This document shows positions 1-9,990 of a stretch of DNA of 64,000 bases, one piece after another. Made by a program: the position numbers and the translations under genes. This DNA comes from an uncultured candidate division Zixibacteria bacterium (GTDB lineage: Bacteria > Zixibacteria > MSB-5A5 > GN15 > FEB-12). Location of the stretch: contig CAVTJJ010000004.1 in NCBI GenBank assembly GCA_963735035.1, forward strand, positions 64,001 through 128,000, given 5' to 3'. Below the pieces are notes generated by a model. It had not been told where the DNA came from. It saw only the letters and a list, made by a program, of their open reading frames with translations, and made no database searches. How positions within the stretch are numbered: position 1 is the stretch's first letter; every line of letters begins with the position of its first letter.

Positions 1-2483
1 CGAGCTGTACGAGTTTCTCCACCAGCCCCATCGAATCTTCCAACTCGCTGTCGATCAAAGACTCGTCCGCTTTCGGATACTCCATCATGTGCACCGAGAG
101 CGGCAGGCCGTGCTCGGTCCGTTTCTCGCCGTTCAGTTCCAGCCAGAAGAATTCGGCCATCATCGGGCTGATCGGCGCCGAGAGCCGACACACCCCTTCA
201 AGCGTTCGCCAGAGTGTCAGATAGGCGCGCATCTTCGACGGATCATCACCTTTGGCCCAGAACCGGCGGCGGTTGTTGCGCACATACCAGTTGGACAGTT
301 CCTCGATCACGAAATTCTGAATCGCCCTGACCGGACGCGTGATCTCGTAGGCATCAAGACTGCGCGCTGTGTCTTTGACGAGTGAGTTGTATCGGGAGAC
401 AATCCAACGGTCGAACGTATCCGGCTCACCCGCGCGGGCTTCCAAGAACTGCTCGACCGTCTGCCCGGCTTCATGGGCGCGGTCGAGGATGTTGTCGATA
501 TTGGCGTAGATTGCGAAGAAACTATACGTATTGCGCAGGGTGTCGTAATACTTGCGGATGACTTCCTGCAAACCGTCAAGATCAAATTTCGTCGGCACAC
601 AGAGGCCGGAATTCGACACCAGATACCAGCGGACCGGGTCGGCGCCGTACTTGTCGATCGTAGTAAACGGATCGACCACGTTCCCTTTGTGCTTGGACAT
701 CTTCTTGCCGTCTTTGTCCAGCACGAATTCGAGCACGACCACATTCTTGAACGGGGCCTTGTCGAACATCATGGTCGAGATCGCCAACAGTGAGTAGAAC
801 CAGCCACGGGTCTGATCGACCGCCTCGGAGATGAAATCGGCCGGGTACTTCTCCTCGAAAACTTCTTTGTTCTCAAAGGGATAGTGCCACTGGGCGTACG
901 GCATCGCGCCGGAATCAAACCAGACGTCGATCAGTTCTGGTACGCGGGTCATCGTAGAGCCGCACTCGCACTTCAGCTTGACTCCGTCCACCATGGGGCG
1001 GTGCAGATCGATATCGTCCGGGCAGGCCACCGCTTCTTTCTTGAGCTGGGCGACTGAGCCGACCGCTCTCAGCTTGTTGCACCCGGGTTCGTCGCATACC
1101 CAGATCGGCAGCGGCGTGCCCCAGAACCGTTCGCGCGACAGCGCCCAATCGACATTGTTCTCGAGCCAATCGAGCATGCGGCCGGTGCGGATTTCGTCCG
1201 GCACCCAGTTGATCGCGTTGTTATTCTTGATCAACTGCTCCCGGAACTGGGTGGTCCGGATATACCAGGATTCGCGCGCGATATAGATCAGCGGCGAATC
1301 GCACCGCCAGCAGAACGGGTAGTTATGTTCATACAGCTCTTTCTTGTAGAGCTGGCCCGATTTCTTCAAGTCAGCGAGAATGACCGGATCGGCATCCTTT
1401 GACGAACAACCCGGCGTACTTGCCGCCTTCACCGTTTTTGAACAGGCCGTTCGCTTCAATTGCCTGCAGGACCGGAAGATTGTTCTTGAGGCCGATCTCG
1501 TAGTCGTCCGCGCCGAACCCTGGCGCGATGTGGACAATCCCGGTGCCGTCGTCAAGCGTGACAAACTCACCGTTGATGACATAGAACGCTTTGTCAGCCT
1601 GGTCCTTGTAGAAATCAAACAGGGGGATATATTTCCGCCCGACAAAGTCTGCGCCTTTGTGACGGTCGAGCACTTCAACTTCTTCCCCGAGCACCCGCAT
1701 GACTAGCGCTTCGGCCATCACCAGCTTTTCATCGTGGTGAAGCACCGTCACATAGTCGGCGTCTGCTTTCATGCAGAGGGCGGCGTTCGACGGGAGCGTC
1801 CACGGAGTCGTTGTCCAGACTAAGTAGCTGAAATCGGCGTCGGCGGCTTTGACTTTGACGAATACCGACGGGTCCTTGGTCATCGCGTATCCCTGCGCTA
1901 CCTCGTGCGACGAGATCGCGGTGCCGCAACGGGGGCAGAACGGGACGGTCTTGTGGCCCTTGTAGATGACTCCGCGGTCGAACAGGTCTTTGAGGATGTA
2001 CCAGACCGACTCGATGTATTCATTCTTGAGGGTGATATAGGCGTCGTCGAGATCGAGCCAGTAGCCGATCCGTCGGGTGATGACATTCCAGTCGGCGAGG
2101 TACTTGAAGACCGACTCGCGGCATTTCTGGTTGAACGCGGCGATACCGTATTCGACCACCTGGGCTTTGCGTTCGAATCCGAGCTGTTTTTCGACCTCGA
2201 TTTCGACCGGCAGACCGTGGGTATCCCAGCCACCTTTGCGGTCGACCCGGAAGCCGTTCATCGCTTTGTAGCGGCAGACGAGGTCTTTGACAGCGCGTGA
2301 TACTACATGGTGGATGCCGGGGCGGCCGTTGGCGGTGGGGGGGCCTTCGTAGAAGACGAAGTGCGGCTTGTGCTTAGCGGCGTCCTGGTATTTGTGGTAG
2401 ACCTGCTGTTCATCCCAGAAGGCGAGGATTTTTTCCTCGGCGGCGGGGAGTGAGAAGTTGTCTTTGAGCGGGTCGAATCTCAT
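1..2483 (-). CDS. ileS: Isoleucine--tRNA ligase (type 2), 3'-partial, with an apparent +1 frameshift at ~1398-1400
   Basis: Starts MRFDPLKDNFSL; motifs FYEGPPTANGRPGIHH, GWDTHGLPVE, WTTTPWTLPSN, GTGIVHIAPGFG. After the shift the frame gives YPFCWRC, DWALSRERFWGTPLPIW and KMSKHKGN. Confidence 0.95.
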
Positions 2484-2727
2484 TGGGCTGCTTTCTGCTA
2501 CAGCCGCACAATGTACTCGCCCTCCCCCCGGTTGTAAAGATTTTTCACCGCGTCGTGACCCCCCGCTCCCTACTCCGGGGTGGCGCACCCGCTTGCGGGT
2601 GGGGTTTAGGTGGTGCCCCAGCGCTCGCGCTGGGATGCAAGTCAGGCTGAGCTCCGCTTGCCCTGAGCTTGCCGAAGGGTCGAAGCCGGGTTCACGAAAG
2701 AACCGTCTTTCCCCGGCTTGACCAGGG

Positions 2728-3759
2728 CTGGATTCACATTTGAAGTGCAACAGTTCGCGCCAAAAGAACTCGGCTGGAGTGAGGAAGTCCAGACATTTTC
2801 TGGGGGTGTTGTTGTAGTGCTGGAAGAGATGTGTGAACTGTTTCCGGGTGAGCTTGGTCAGGTCGGTATGGCGAGGCAGTACTCGTCGGAGGCGACCGAT
2901 TCCATTTTCAACGCCACCTTTCTGCCATGGTGAGTAGGTGTTACAGAAGTAGGTCTCGATACCATGGTCATGGAGTTGGTAGTGTTGGCCGAACTCGGGG
3001 CCGTTATCGAAGGTGATGGTTTGTCGCCAGGCGTGCGGCAAGGGTGCCAGGAGAGTGCACATGGCCTTAGCAACCGAGGCGGCATCTTTGGCCGGCAGCT
3101 TAACCCCCATCATCAGGCGTGAGCGCCGCTCATGAAGGACAAGGACGCTCTGATCAGGTATTCGGAAGTTCATGAGATCACCTTCCCAGTGTCCTGGTGT
3201 TTTCCGGCTCTTGGCGCTCTTCGGCCGCGCGGAGATAGGGCACCGCAGGGCTATAGACGACGTCGACCGACCTCTCTTGCACCCTCGCCAGCTACGTCTG
3301 GCTCGGCCACGGATCAGTAAGTACCGCCAAGTGTAATCCTTAGTACGGGCGATCTGCGCGTAGATAAACCGGTAGATCGTTTCGTAGGAAATCACCTTCC
3401 GGCCCATCTCCACGGCCAGCCTTCCCGCGACCAACTCCGGAGACAAACCATTAGCTAGTCCCATCACTACCATGTCGCGCAGTTCTGGACGGCGATCCAA
3501 TTTGGAGCCGGTCCAACGCCGGGCACGGCTCTGGTCGTTGGCATAGGCGGGCAGGTAACCGCTTTGTCGGCTGCGATTTCGCGTTATCTCCCGAGCAATG
3601 GACGATGGCGCGCGATCCAAAGCTGCCGCAATTTGCCGAATCGAGCGCCCCGAGCCACATAAGCGGGCAATCTCACACCGCTCTTCAAGACTGATCTGTG
3701 CATATGTTCGTTCCATGACAACACCTTTAACAGGTGTTGCACTTCGTTTGTGAACTTAG
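2728..3759 (-). mobile_element. IS30-family insertion sequence (ends approximate)
   Basis: Imperfect terminal inverted repeats: GATTCACATTTGAAGTGCAACA (2731-2752) and TGTTGCACTTCGTTTGTGAACT (3735-3756), enclosing an IS30-type transposase. Confidence 0.92.
2731..3716 (-). CDS. IS30-family DDE transposase (no stop codon inside the element)
   Basis: N-terminal HTH SIRQIAAALDRAPSSIAREITRN; GHWEGD, TITFDNGPEF, SPWQKGGVEN, NNTPRKCLDFLTP. Confidence 0.93.
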
Positions 3760-3809
3760 GAGGGGCATCCAAGAATTGTCGGGGTGCAAATGATACGGGG
3801 TGCCAGCCC

Positions 3810-3952
3810 CGTCATCCCGACGAAAGTCGGGACCCAGTTGTGTTGGCAGAAGGTCAGGCGCTAATGTCATCCCCATACTCTCGAACGAAGCTTTCAATAT
3901 CAGATTTCCGCACTTACGATCATAACTGGGCCCCGGTTTTCACCGGGGTGAC
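3810..3952. repeat. REPIN-like ~140-bp palindromic element (copy 1)
   Basis: CGTCATCCCGACGAAAGTCGGGACCCAGTT...AACTGGGCCCCGGTTTTCACCGGGGTGACG; a similar copy lies at 6514-6657. Confidence 0.85.
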
Positions 3953-4083
3953 GGCCTCACGGCCGTCGACACATAGTGGCATGAGGTAGGTAGGTCGGGT
4001 TCACGAGACGTGCGCGAAGCGCACGTCGAGCAACCCGACACTGGCCCTACCAAGTCGTCCTGAGCCTGTCGAAGGATGAGCTG

Positions 4084-5253
4084 CTAGGCATTCTCTCCTT
4101 CGTCTTTCGGCGGGTCCTCGGCGGTGAGAGCGATGAAATCAGAGTCATTCCAGTAGGCTTTGAAGTCCTCATCCTTCTTGGCTGCCTTCTTAAGCTTGGC
4201 GTTGTAAACGAAGGCCTCCTTGAGAGCAGCCAGTGCACGATCCTTATTGCCCTTTAGGGCCATGGCGCATGCCACGTTGTATTGGTAGTCTTTACGGTCT
4301 GGAGCCAATCTAATCGCCAGTGTGGAATTCCTTATAGCATCATTCAAGGTGCTTGGTTCGCCGGTTGCGCGAAAGATGCTGGCAAGGCTTGCCGCCCAGT
4401 TTGCGAACGCAGCTGCATTCATAGAGTTGATGTCCGTAACGCGCTCCCAGTACTTAACCGCTTCTTCGTTTTTCTGCAATTCACTGTAAGAGTGAGCCGT
4501 TGCAAAGAGAACATCTTCATCATCCTGTGAATCTTTCAGGATATGGAGCAACTCTCCTAGCGCCTTCTCGAAACGCTCCAAACGATAATAGTTCAAGCCC
4601 ATGTTACGGCGCAGTGCCGAAGGAATGATGTCGTCCGGCAGTCCCGCCACCTTGAGATCAAAACGCAAGCGTTCGTACAAATCGACGGCCTTTGTGGCGT
4701 CGGCCTCTTCAATCAGTTTGATCCGATCTTCGAATGGTTCGGGCTTCTTGGTGTCACTGCTAGCTGGAGCGACCGCGTCGGCAACCCTTGCCGAAGAATC
4801 GGCTTCTTTCATTTGTCGTGCAAGCTGCCCGTAGTCCGTTTGGGCCGATTGTACGATTTTGTCCATGACCGCACGCTGGTCTCTGATCTTCTCAATTTCT
4901 CGATCCACCGTCTCGTGGGCCTTGTATGCTGTGAAGCTTGTGTAAGCGCCCATTGCGCCGACGATCAGCAAGAGCAGCCCTATCACTCCGAAGACAATCC
5001 CCATGCTGGAATCCTGGCGGTCTAGGGCATCAAGCGCCTTCTCGTAGAACTCGCCCTTTAGCTCGGCAACTTCCTTCTGAACCGTAGAAGAGCTGTCAAG
5101 GAGGTACGTGGTGTGCTTAAGTGCGTCAGTGTCTTGAACCACCACCGTATCCCGCACGTACACCGTATCCACCTTCTGTGGCGTCTGGCTCGGGGCTGAC
5201 GGCGCAGCGGTTATGATCATCGCAACAAGGAGAACTTGTCTGAGTCCGGGCAT
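4084..5253 (-). CDS. Membrane-anchored TPR protein (signal peptide, TM helix, coiled coil, TPRs)
   Basis: Hydrophobic N-terminus, TM MGIVFGVIGLLLLIVGAMGA, C-terminal YNVACAMALKGNKDRALAAL...AKKDEDF typical of a terminal TPR. Confidence 0.75.
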   Translation of the reverse strand: MPGLRQVLLVAMIITAAPSAPSQTPQKVDTVYVRDTVVVQDTDALKHTTYLLDSSSTVQKEVAELKGEFYEKALDALDRQDSSMGIVFGVIGLLLLIVGAMGAYTSFTAYKAHETVDREIEKIRDQRAVMDKIVQSAQTDYGQLARQMKEADSSARVADAVAPASSDTKKPEPFEDRIKLIEEADATKAVDLYERLRFDLKVAGLPDDIIPSALRRNMGLNYYRLERFEKALGELLHILKDSQDDEDVLFATAHSYSELQKNEEAVKYWERVTDINSMNAAAFANWAASLASIFRATGEPSTLNDAIRNSTLAIRLAPDRKDYQYNVACAMALKGNKDRALAALKEAFVYNAKLKKAAKKDEDFKAYWNDSDFIALTAEDPPKDEGENA

Positions 5254-5535
5254 GGCTGCCCCTCCATAATCAGTTATGAGTGCACGACGTCAAACTACTG
5301 AAAAGAGACCGGTTTGGCAATGGGAATCAGTGAGTGTCTGTCGGGGAAGGCGGCAGATGTGGACATCTGCCGGGCACGGTTTAGGGCGGGCCCTGACGCA
5401 ACGGCAACAGCGGCAGGGGTGGAACCCTGCCGATCAGGTTCTTGTAGGTCAGGCCTACTCGGGGCCTGACATCTTTCTTCCGCAATTGCACACCCGGTCA
5501 GGCGTCAAGGCAGACCTTTTGTTCACAGCAAAAGG

Positions 5536-6180
5536 CTATCGGGGTTTTGGAAACAGGAAACCCAATTCAAACAGCCAGGTGGCTTCGTCGGCGTCTTCGA
5601 CGAAACTCGTGCCTGCACCTAGCATCAGGAGGTTGCCTCCACCAAGATTGAACGACTGCTCAATGCCGACATCCGCCGCGCTGGTGCCACCGTCGGTTTC
5701 AACCTCGCCGCTCAGGAAATCGCCATACGATCCACCCACAGAGAGGACAAGGCGCGTTGCTCCACCTGTCCGCACAGCGAAGTCAAGGCTCCCCCCGACT
5801 GATCCGAAACTGCCGAATGATGACCCGGCGCCGCCACGCGACATCGTGTACGCCTCCACCACTACTGGCATACCTATGAGTATTGAAACTTTGTCAGACT
5901 CGACGACCCTCTTTAGAGGCTTCACTCCCAAGCCGAGGCTGTACAGCGTACGGCCATACGACCCAGGATCAGCCGCAGACATGAAAACTTGGGCGTCGGC
6001 CCAACTGGTCAGCGTCAGTCCGCCGGTGATACTGCCACCGTTGCTGTTCGAGCCGGTTGCATACCCCAAACCAAAGAATGCCGCGGTCTCTTTCGATGAG
6101 ATGAACGCACTCTGGGACCGCGATTCGCCGGCCCAAACCAGGAGCAGCAGTGCCACTAGCAACCACGTTGTTTTCTTCAT
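5536..6180 (-). CDS. Hypothetical secreted protein, possibly a small outer-membrane beta-barrel
   Basis: Signal peptide MKKTTWLLVALLLL; Gly/aromatic alternating strands; ends WLFELGFLFPKPR. Confidence 0.65.
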   Translation of the reverse strand: MKKTTWLLVALLLLVWAGESRSQSAFISSKETAAFFGLGYATGSNSNGGSITGGLTLTSWADAQVFMSAADPGSYGRTLYSLGLGVKPLKRVVESDKVSILIGMPVVVEAYTMSRGGAGSSFGSFGSVGGSLDFAVRTGGATRLVLSVGGSYGDFLSGEVETDGGTSAADVGIEQSFNLGGGNLLMLGAGTSFVEDADEATWLFELGFLFPKPR

Positions 6181-6513
6181 GTACCCATCCTACGGTGTAT
6201 AGTTGCTTGAAGAGTAAGCATGACCGAGTTGTCTGTCAATCATATAAGGTGCAGACTGCGTCAGGTCACACTCGCTTGCCCGCCCAAGGCGGACTCGCGA
6301 GCAAGACCCCCGATCAAGTCGGGGGATGACGGAGAGGGAGTCGGGGGATAACAGAGAAAGGGGCAGACGAGGACGTCTGCCGCCCACGAGCGGGTGTGCC
6401 TTTTAGCCGGCAGATGTGGACATCTGCCGGGCACTATTCAGTTCGATCTGCCGGGCACGGTTTAGGGCGGGCCCTGACGCAACCGGCTTATCGATGTTAC
6501 GGGGCGCTAGCCC

Positions 6514-6657
6514 CGTCATCCCGACGGAAGTCGGGACCCAGTTGTGTGGGCGGAAGATCAGACGCTAATGCCATCCCCATACTCTCGAAGGGATCTTTCG
6601 ATATCAGGTTACCATATTTGCGGTCACAACTGGGCCCCGGTTTTCACCGGGGTGACG
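6514..6657. repeat. REPIN-like ~140-bp palindromic element (copy 2)
   Basis: Same terminal hairpins and a similar spacer as 3810-3952. Confidence 0.85.
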
Positions 6658-6760
6658 GAGCTGTTGCTCCGTAATGTTTCATCCCACCATGAATGGTGGG
6701 CCACCCGACCTCAAACCGGCAGATGTGGGCATCTGCCGGGCACGTTTCAAGGGCGCAAGT

Positions 6761-9019
6761 TCACGGGGTGGTCTTCAGGCGCGCCAGGCGGGTGCGGGCG
6801 TCGGTGTATTCTTTCAAGTTCGGGTCGGCGGGGGCCCAGATGCTCAGGAACTTGTCGTACTTCACGATCGCAGAATCGGGATGTCCACTCTCTTCATAGG
6901 CGCGGCCCAGATAATAGTAGAGCTTCGAACTTGTAACGCAGTCCTTGGTGCGCGACTCGGTGTAGTTATTCTCCTGTGCTGCCAGAATCACTGTCGCTCT
7001 ATCCGCCTGTCCGGCCTCAAGCAGCGTTTGTCCTTCCAGGTATCTCGGAAGATAAGTCACGCTCTTCAGTCTGATCGTGGCCGCACTGTCGAAACGTTCG
7101 GCTGCCCCGGCGGCGTTGCCGCGGGCCTGTTCAAGATACCCTTCGGCCAAAAGGCAAGTGAACCTCGATATCTTCGCCGCCTCGATTTCGAGGCATAATT
7201 GCTCGACCACCTGAGCGGCGCTGTCCATTTGTCCGGCCTGAGCGAACGCCCGCGCGAGCGTAATGCGGAAAGTCATCTTGTCGTCGGGTCGCATCTTCAG
7301 AAGATACTGAAGCGAACGGCGTGATTCGGTCAGCGCCGATGAATCCATCGCGAGAAGCATCTGAGCCTTGGCGTTGTACATAACATCCAGCGAGCTCGAC
7401 TTCATCTTGATCGATTTGATACTGTCGGCGACGATAGCCTTATCCATCCAGGTGAGGCCGTCACGATACTGACCTCTGAATACCAGAGCACTGGCTTTGG
7501 CCCAATAGACATTGGCGCAACCGTATCCGACACATGCCGAATCCCACTCGCGGTAAATTTGATCGCTTAGTTCGTACTGTCCGGAGTAGAGATACGCGTA
7601 GTACAATTTGACCTTTGAGGCGTTGAAACCCGGTTCGATCTCTATCGCCTTCGCATAGGCGGCGATTGCCTCGCTCAGGCGACCGTTGCCGGCGAGGATA
7701 TCCCCGCGACTGTCCAACGGGTTCGGTTCACTCGGAGCGATCTTCTGATAATCGTCAAGCGTCCGCAAAGCCTCGTCCAATTGTCCGTTGTTATCATAGG
7801 CATAGGCCAATTGGTTGAAGGACTGGCGGTAAAGCGGATCGAGCGCGAGAGACTTTTCGAAATAGAAGATTGCCCGGCTGTAATCCCGACGATTGAAATA
7901 GTACTGACCCAGAAGGTAGAAGGCATCCTTTTCGTCCGGGTACTTCTCGGTGATCGATTGCAGAATAGTCAGCGTCTGAGTCGTATCCCCCGCCACCTGC
8001 GCCGCCCGCGCCGCGATAAGCATCTGCTCCTTCTTGGTAGCCCGAGCCGAATAGTAGACCGCCTTCTGAATCATCTGGGGGTTGTAGCCGAGCGACAGAT
8101 AGTAATAGGCCATGGCGAAAGCGGTGTCCATGGTTACAGCTTTGTAGAAGAGACCCGTCGCTTCGTCGGTATACATTCGCTGACTAAGCTCAATTCCCTT
8201 GAGATAGTGACGGTACGCTTCCACCGAGTGCGAGGTGACATCGGCTACCTTCGTATCCGATTCCTTCAACGCTTGTTCCGGCAGGCCGAGATCGGTCTTC
8301 AATTGTAGTGAGAGATTGTCCACCACCCCGAAGATTGTCGCGGAGCTGTCCACTGTCGCCGACTGAGTCGCTTCAATTACACCGGACGAAACGTCGAAAA
8401 GCTGAGTAACCAGTCGCTGCTGTGTGCCGTCGGAAACGAGACTCGCGGTCAGCATCCATTTCGCCCCGACATCTTGCGCGACGGCGCCGGCGTTGCTCTG
8501 ATCGATCCGGTTTGGATCGGGAAGGCCAAGGTGTCGGGCGGCGTCATACAACCGCTGCGATGATATCACGCGGAGGAACTGAGATTCGGAGAGATCGGCG
8601 ATCAAAAGGCTGGCGAAAGTCTGTCCGAGCCCGGCCAGTTCGGCCGACTCGGTGGGATTTCCGACATAGAGGATCGCGAGACGGTTTTCTGAGGCGATAG
8701 CTTCCTGAGTGGGGTGGAACTCGAGATGCCAGGGTCGCAATACGAGAATGATCACGGCCGCCGCAATGGCGAGAACGGCCGGCCAGTAATTGCGCCGTTT
8801 CGGTTCGTCTTCGGGCGCCTGGAGTCCCTCGACCAATCCCCTGATCTCCGGGTCGTGCTTGAGCAGTTGCGCCGCCGGCAGAAACTCCTCGGCCTGTCTG
8901 CGGCAGGCGGGACAATCGAGCAGATGCACCTCGAACTCGTCCAACTGGTCGCCTTCGAGCAGGCCCAGTTCGTACGCATGAAGCAGACCGCAAAGATAGT
9001 CTTTGTTCGAGTCGCTCAT
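6761..9019 (-). CDS. Zinc-finger anti-sigma / TM / TolB-N-like / TPR protein
   Basis: FEVHLLDCPAC (HxxxCxxC), TM WPAVLAIAAAVIILVL, many TPRs; start overlaps the ECF sigma stop. Confidence 0.8.
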   Translation of the reverse strand: MSDSNKDYLCGLLHAYELGLLEGDQLDEFEVHLLDCPACRRQAEEFLPAAQLLKHDPEIRGLVEGLQAPEDEPKRRNYWPAVLAIAAAVIILVLRPWHLEFHPTQEAIASENRLAILYVGNPTESAELAGLGQTFASLLIADLSESQFLRVISSQRLYDAARHLGLPDPNRIDQSNAGAVAQDVGAKWMLTASLVSDGTQQRLVTQLFDVSSGVIEATQSATVDSSATIFGVVDNLSLQLKTDLGLPEQALKESDTKVADVTSHSVEAYRHYLKGIELSQRMYTDEATGLFYKAVTMDTAFAMAYYYLSLGYNPQMIQKAVYYSARATKKEQMLIAARAAQVAGDTTQTLTILQSITEKYPDEKDAFYLLGQYYFNRRDYSRAIFYFEKSLALDPLYRQSFNQLAYAYDNNGQLDEALRTLDDYQKIAPSEPNPLDSRGDILAGNGRLSEAIAAYAKAIEIEPGFNASKVKLYYAYLYSGQYELSDQIYREWDSACVGYGCANVYWAKASALVFRGQYRDGLTWMDKAIVADSIKSIKMKSSSLDVMYNAKAQMLLAMDSSALTESRRSLQYLLKMRPDDKMTFRITLARAFAQAGQMDSAAQVVEQLCLEIEAAKISRFTCLLAEGYLEQARGNAAGAAERFDSAATIRLKSVTYLPRYLEGQTLLEAGQADRATVILAAQENNYTESRTKDCVTSSKLYYYLGRAYEESGHPDSAIVKYDKFLSIWAPADPNLKEYTDARTRLARLKTTP

Positions 9020-9555
9020 GGCTTGACTTCTCCGGTCTCCAGACAATTCTTCAGCATCGTCCGCGCTCGCGAAAGGATAACATGAAGGTTGTTAGGCGTG
9101 ACCGCCATACGCCGGCAGATATCCTGCGTGCCGTATCCCTGGTAACGAAGATTGAGTATCCGGGCGTGTTTCGGGAACACGGCGTAAACCTTTTTCAGGC
9201 ACTCCTTTAACTTCATCTTCAAGTCGGGTTCTGTGACTTGATAGTTATCTGGTAATTCAGCGCCATCGAACTCGGTCTCGCGATTCTTTCGAGTCTGAGC
9301 TCCGCGATAGTGATCGAAAATTTCGTTCTTCAGGATCATATGTGCCCAGCCCGGGAAACGTTCGGGGTCGGCCAGTTGGTCCAGTTTGCTAGTAACTTTA
9401 ACCATGGCCGCCTGGACGGCTTCCTCGGCGTCATTCCAATCCCTAATTCTATGACGGGCGACAATGCGAAAGCTTACATATAGTTGATCGTAGAGCTCCT
9501 TGCGGGCGGAAGGATCGCCGGAAATAGCGCGCTGATATAGTTCTTTAACAGCCAA
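9016..9555 (-). CDS. ECF-type RNA polymerase sigma-70 factor
   Basis: DAEEAVQAAM, FPGWAHMILKN, region 4 LRYQGYGTQDICRRMAVTPNNLHVILSRAR. Confidence 0.9.
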   Translation of the reverse strand: MAVKELYQRAISGDPSARKELYDQLYVSFRIVARHRIRDWNDAEEAVQAAMVKVTSKLDQLADPERFPGWAHMILKNEIFDHYRGAQTRKNRETEFDGAELPDNYQVTEPDLKMKLKECLKKVYAVFPKHARILNLRYQGYGTQDICRRMAVTPNNLHVILSRARTMLKNCLETGEVKP

Positions 9556-9990
9556 GTGATAGCCCGGGTTACCTTGATCGTATCAACTATTGACGCCAAC
9601 AAGATAGGCGTTCCCCCAACCCCTGGCAAGCAGAGGTTGGTTTCTTGTCGCGTTGCTCCGATCAGCGACTCCCCAGCATGTAAGAAACGGCTCACCGGTC
9701 CGTCATTTCAATTAGGCGGCCGGAATAATCGGCTCCGAACGGAAATAGGGCCGAGAATTCGGCCGAGAGACCCGGTCGATCGAATATCGTGCTGAGGTTA
9801 GTAATATTCCACGCGACGGTGCTGGTCCAAACAAGGTCCGCGCTCGACTGCCTATGAGTCTGTCAGACCGGACACAGCTAGTTCGTCGGGCATTCTCATC
9901 AGGAGGACAAGTGCATCCAAGACAATCTCGAATGTTGGTAATCTTGCTGGTCTTGATCGGCAATTTCTGGTCACCGGCGATGGAGGTGAA

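Noticed and set aside
2484..2710. T-box leader for ileS
   Set aside because: No T-box consensus or specifier stem was seen; the hairpins belong to REP families.
1371..3716. 781-aa ORF as one evolved gene
   Set aside because: It is an IS30 transposase, a repeat-derived linker and the ileS N-terminal half cut short by a frameshift.
3780..6760. Integron attC cassette array
   Set aside because: No integrase and no RYYYAAC...GTTRRRY cores; the boundaries are REP-type palindromes.
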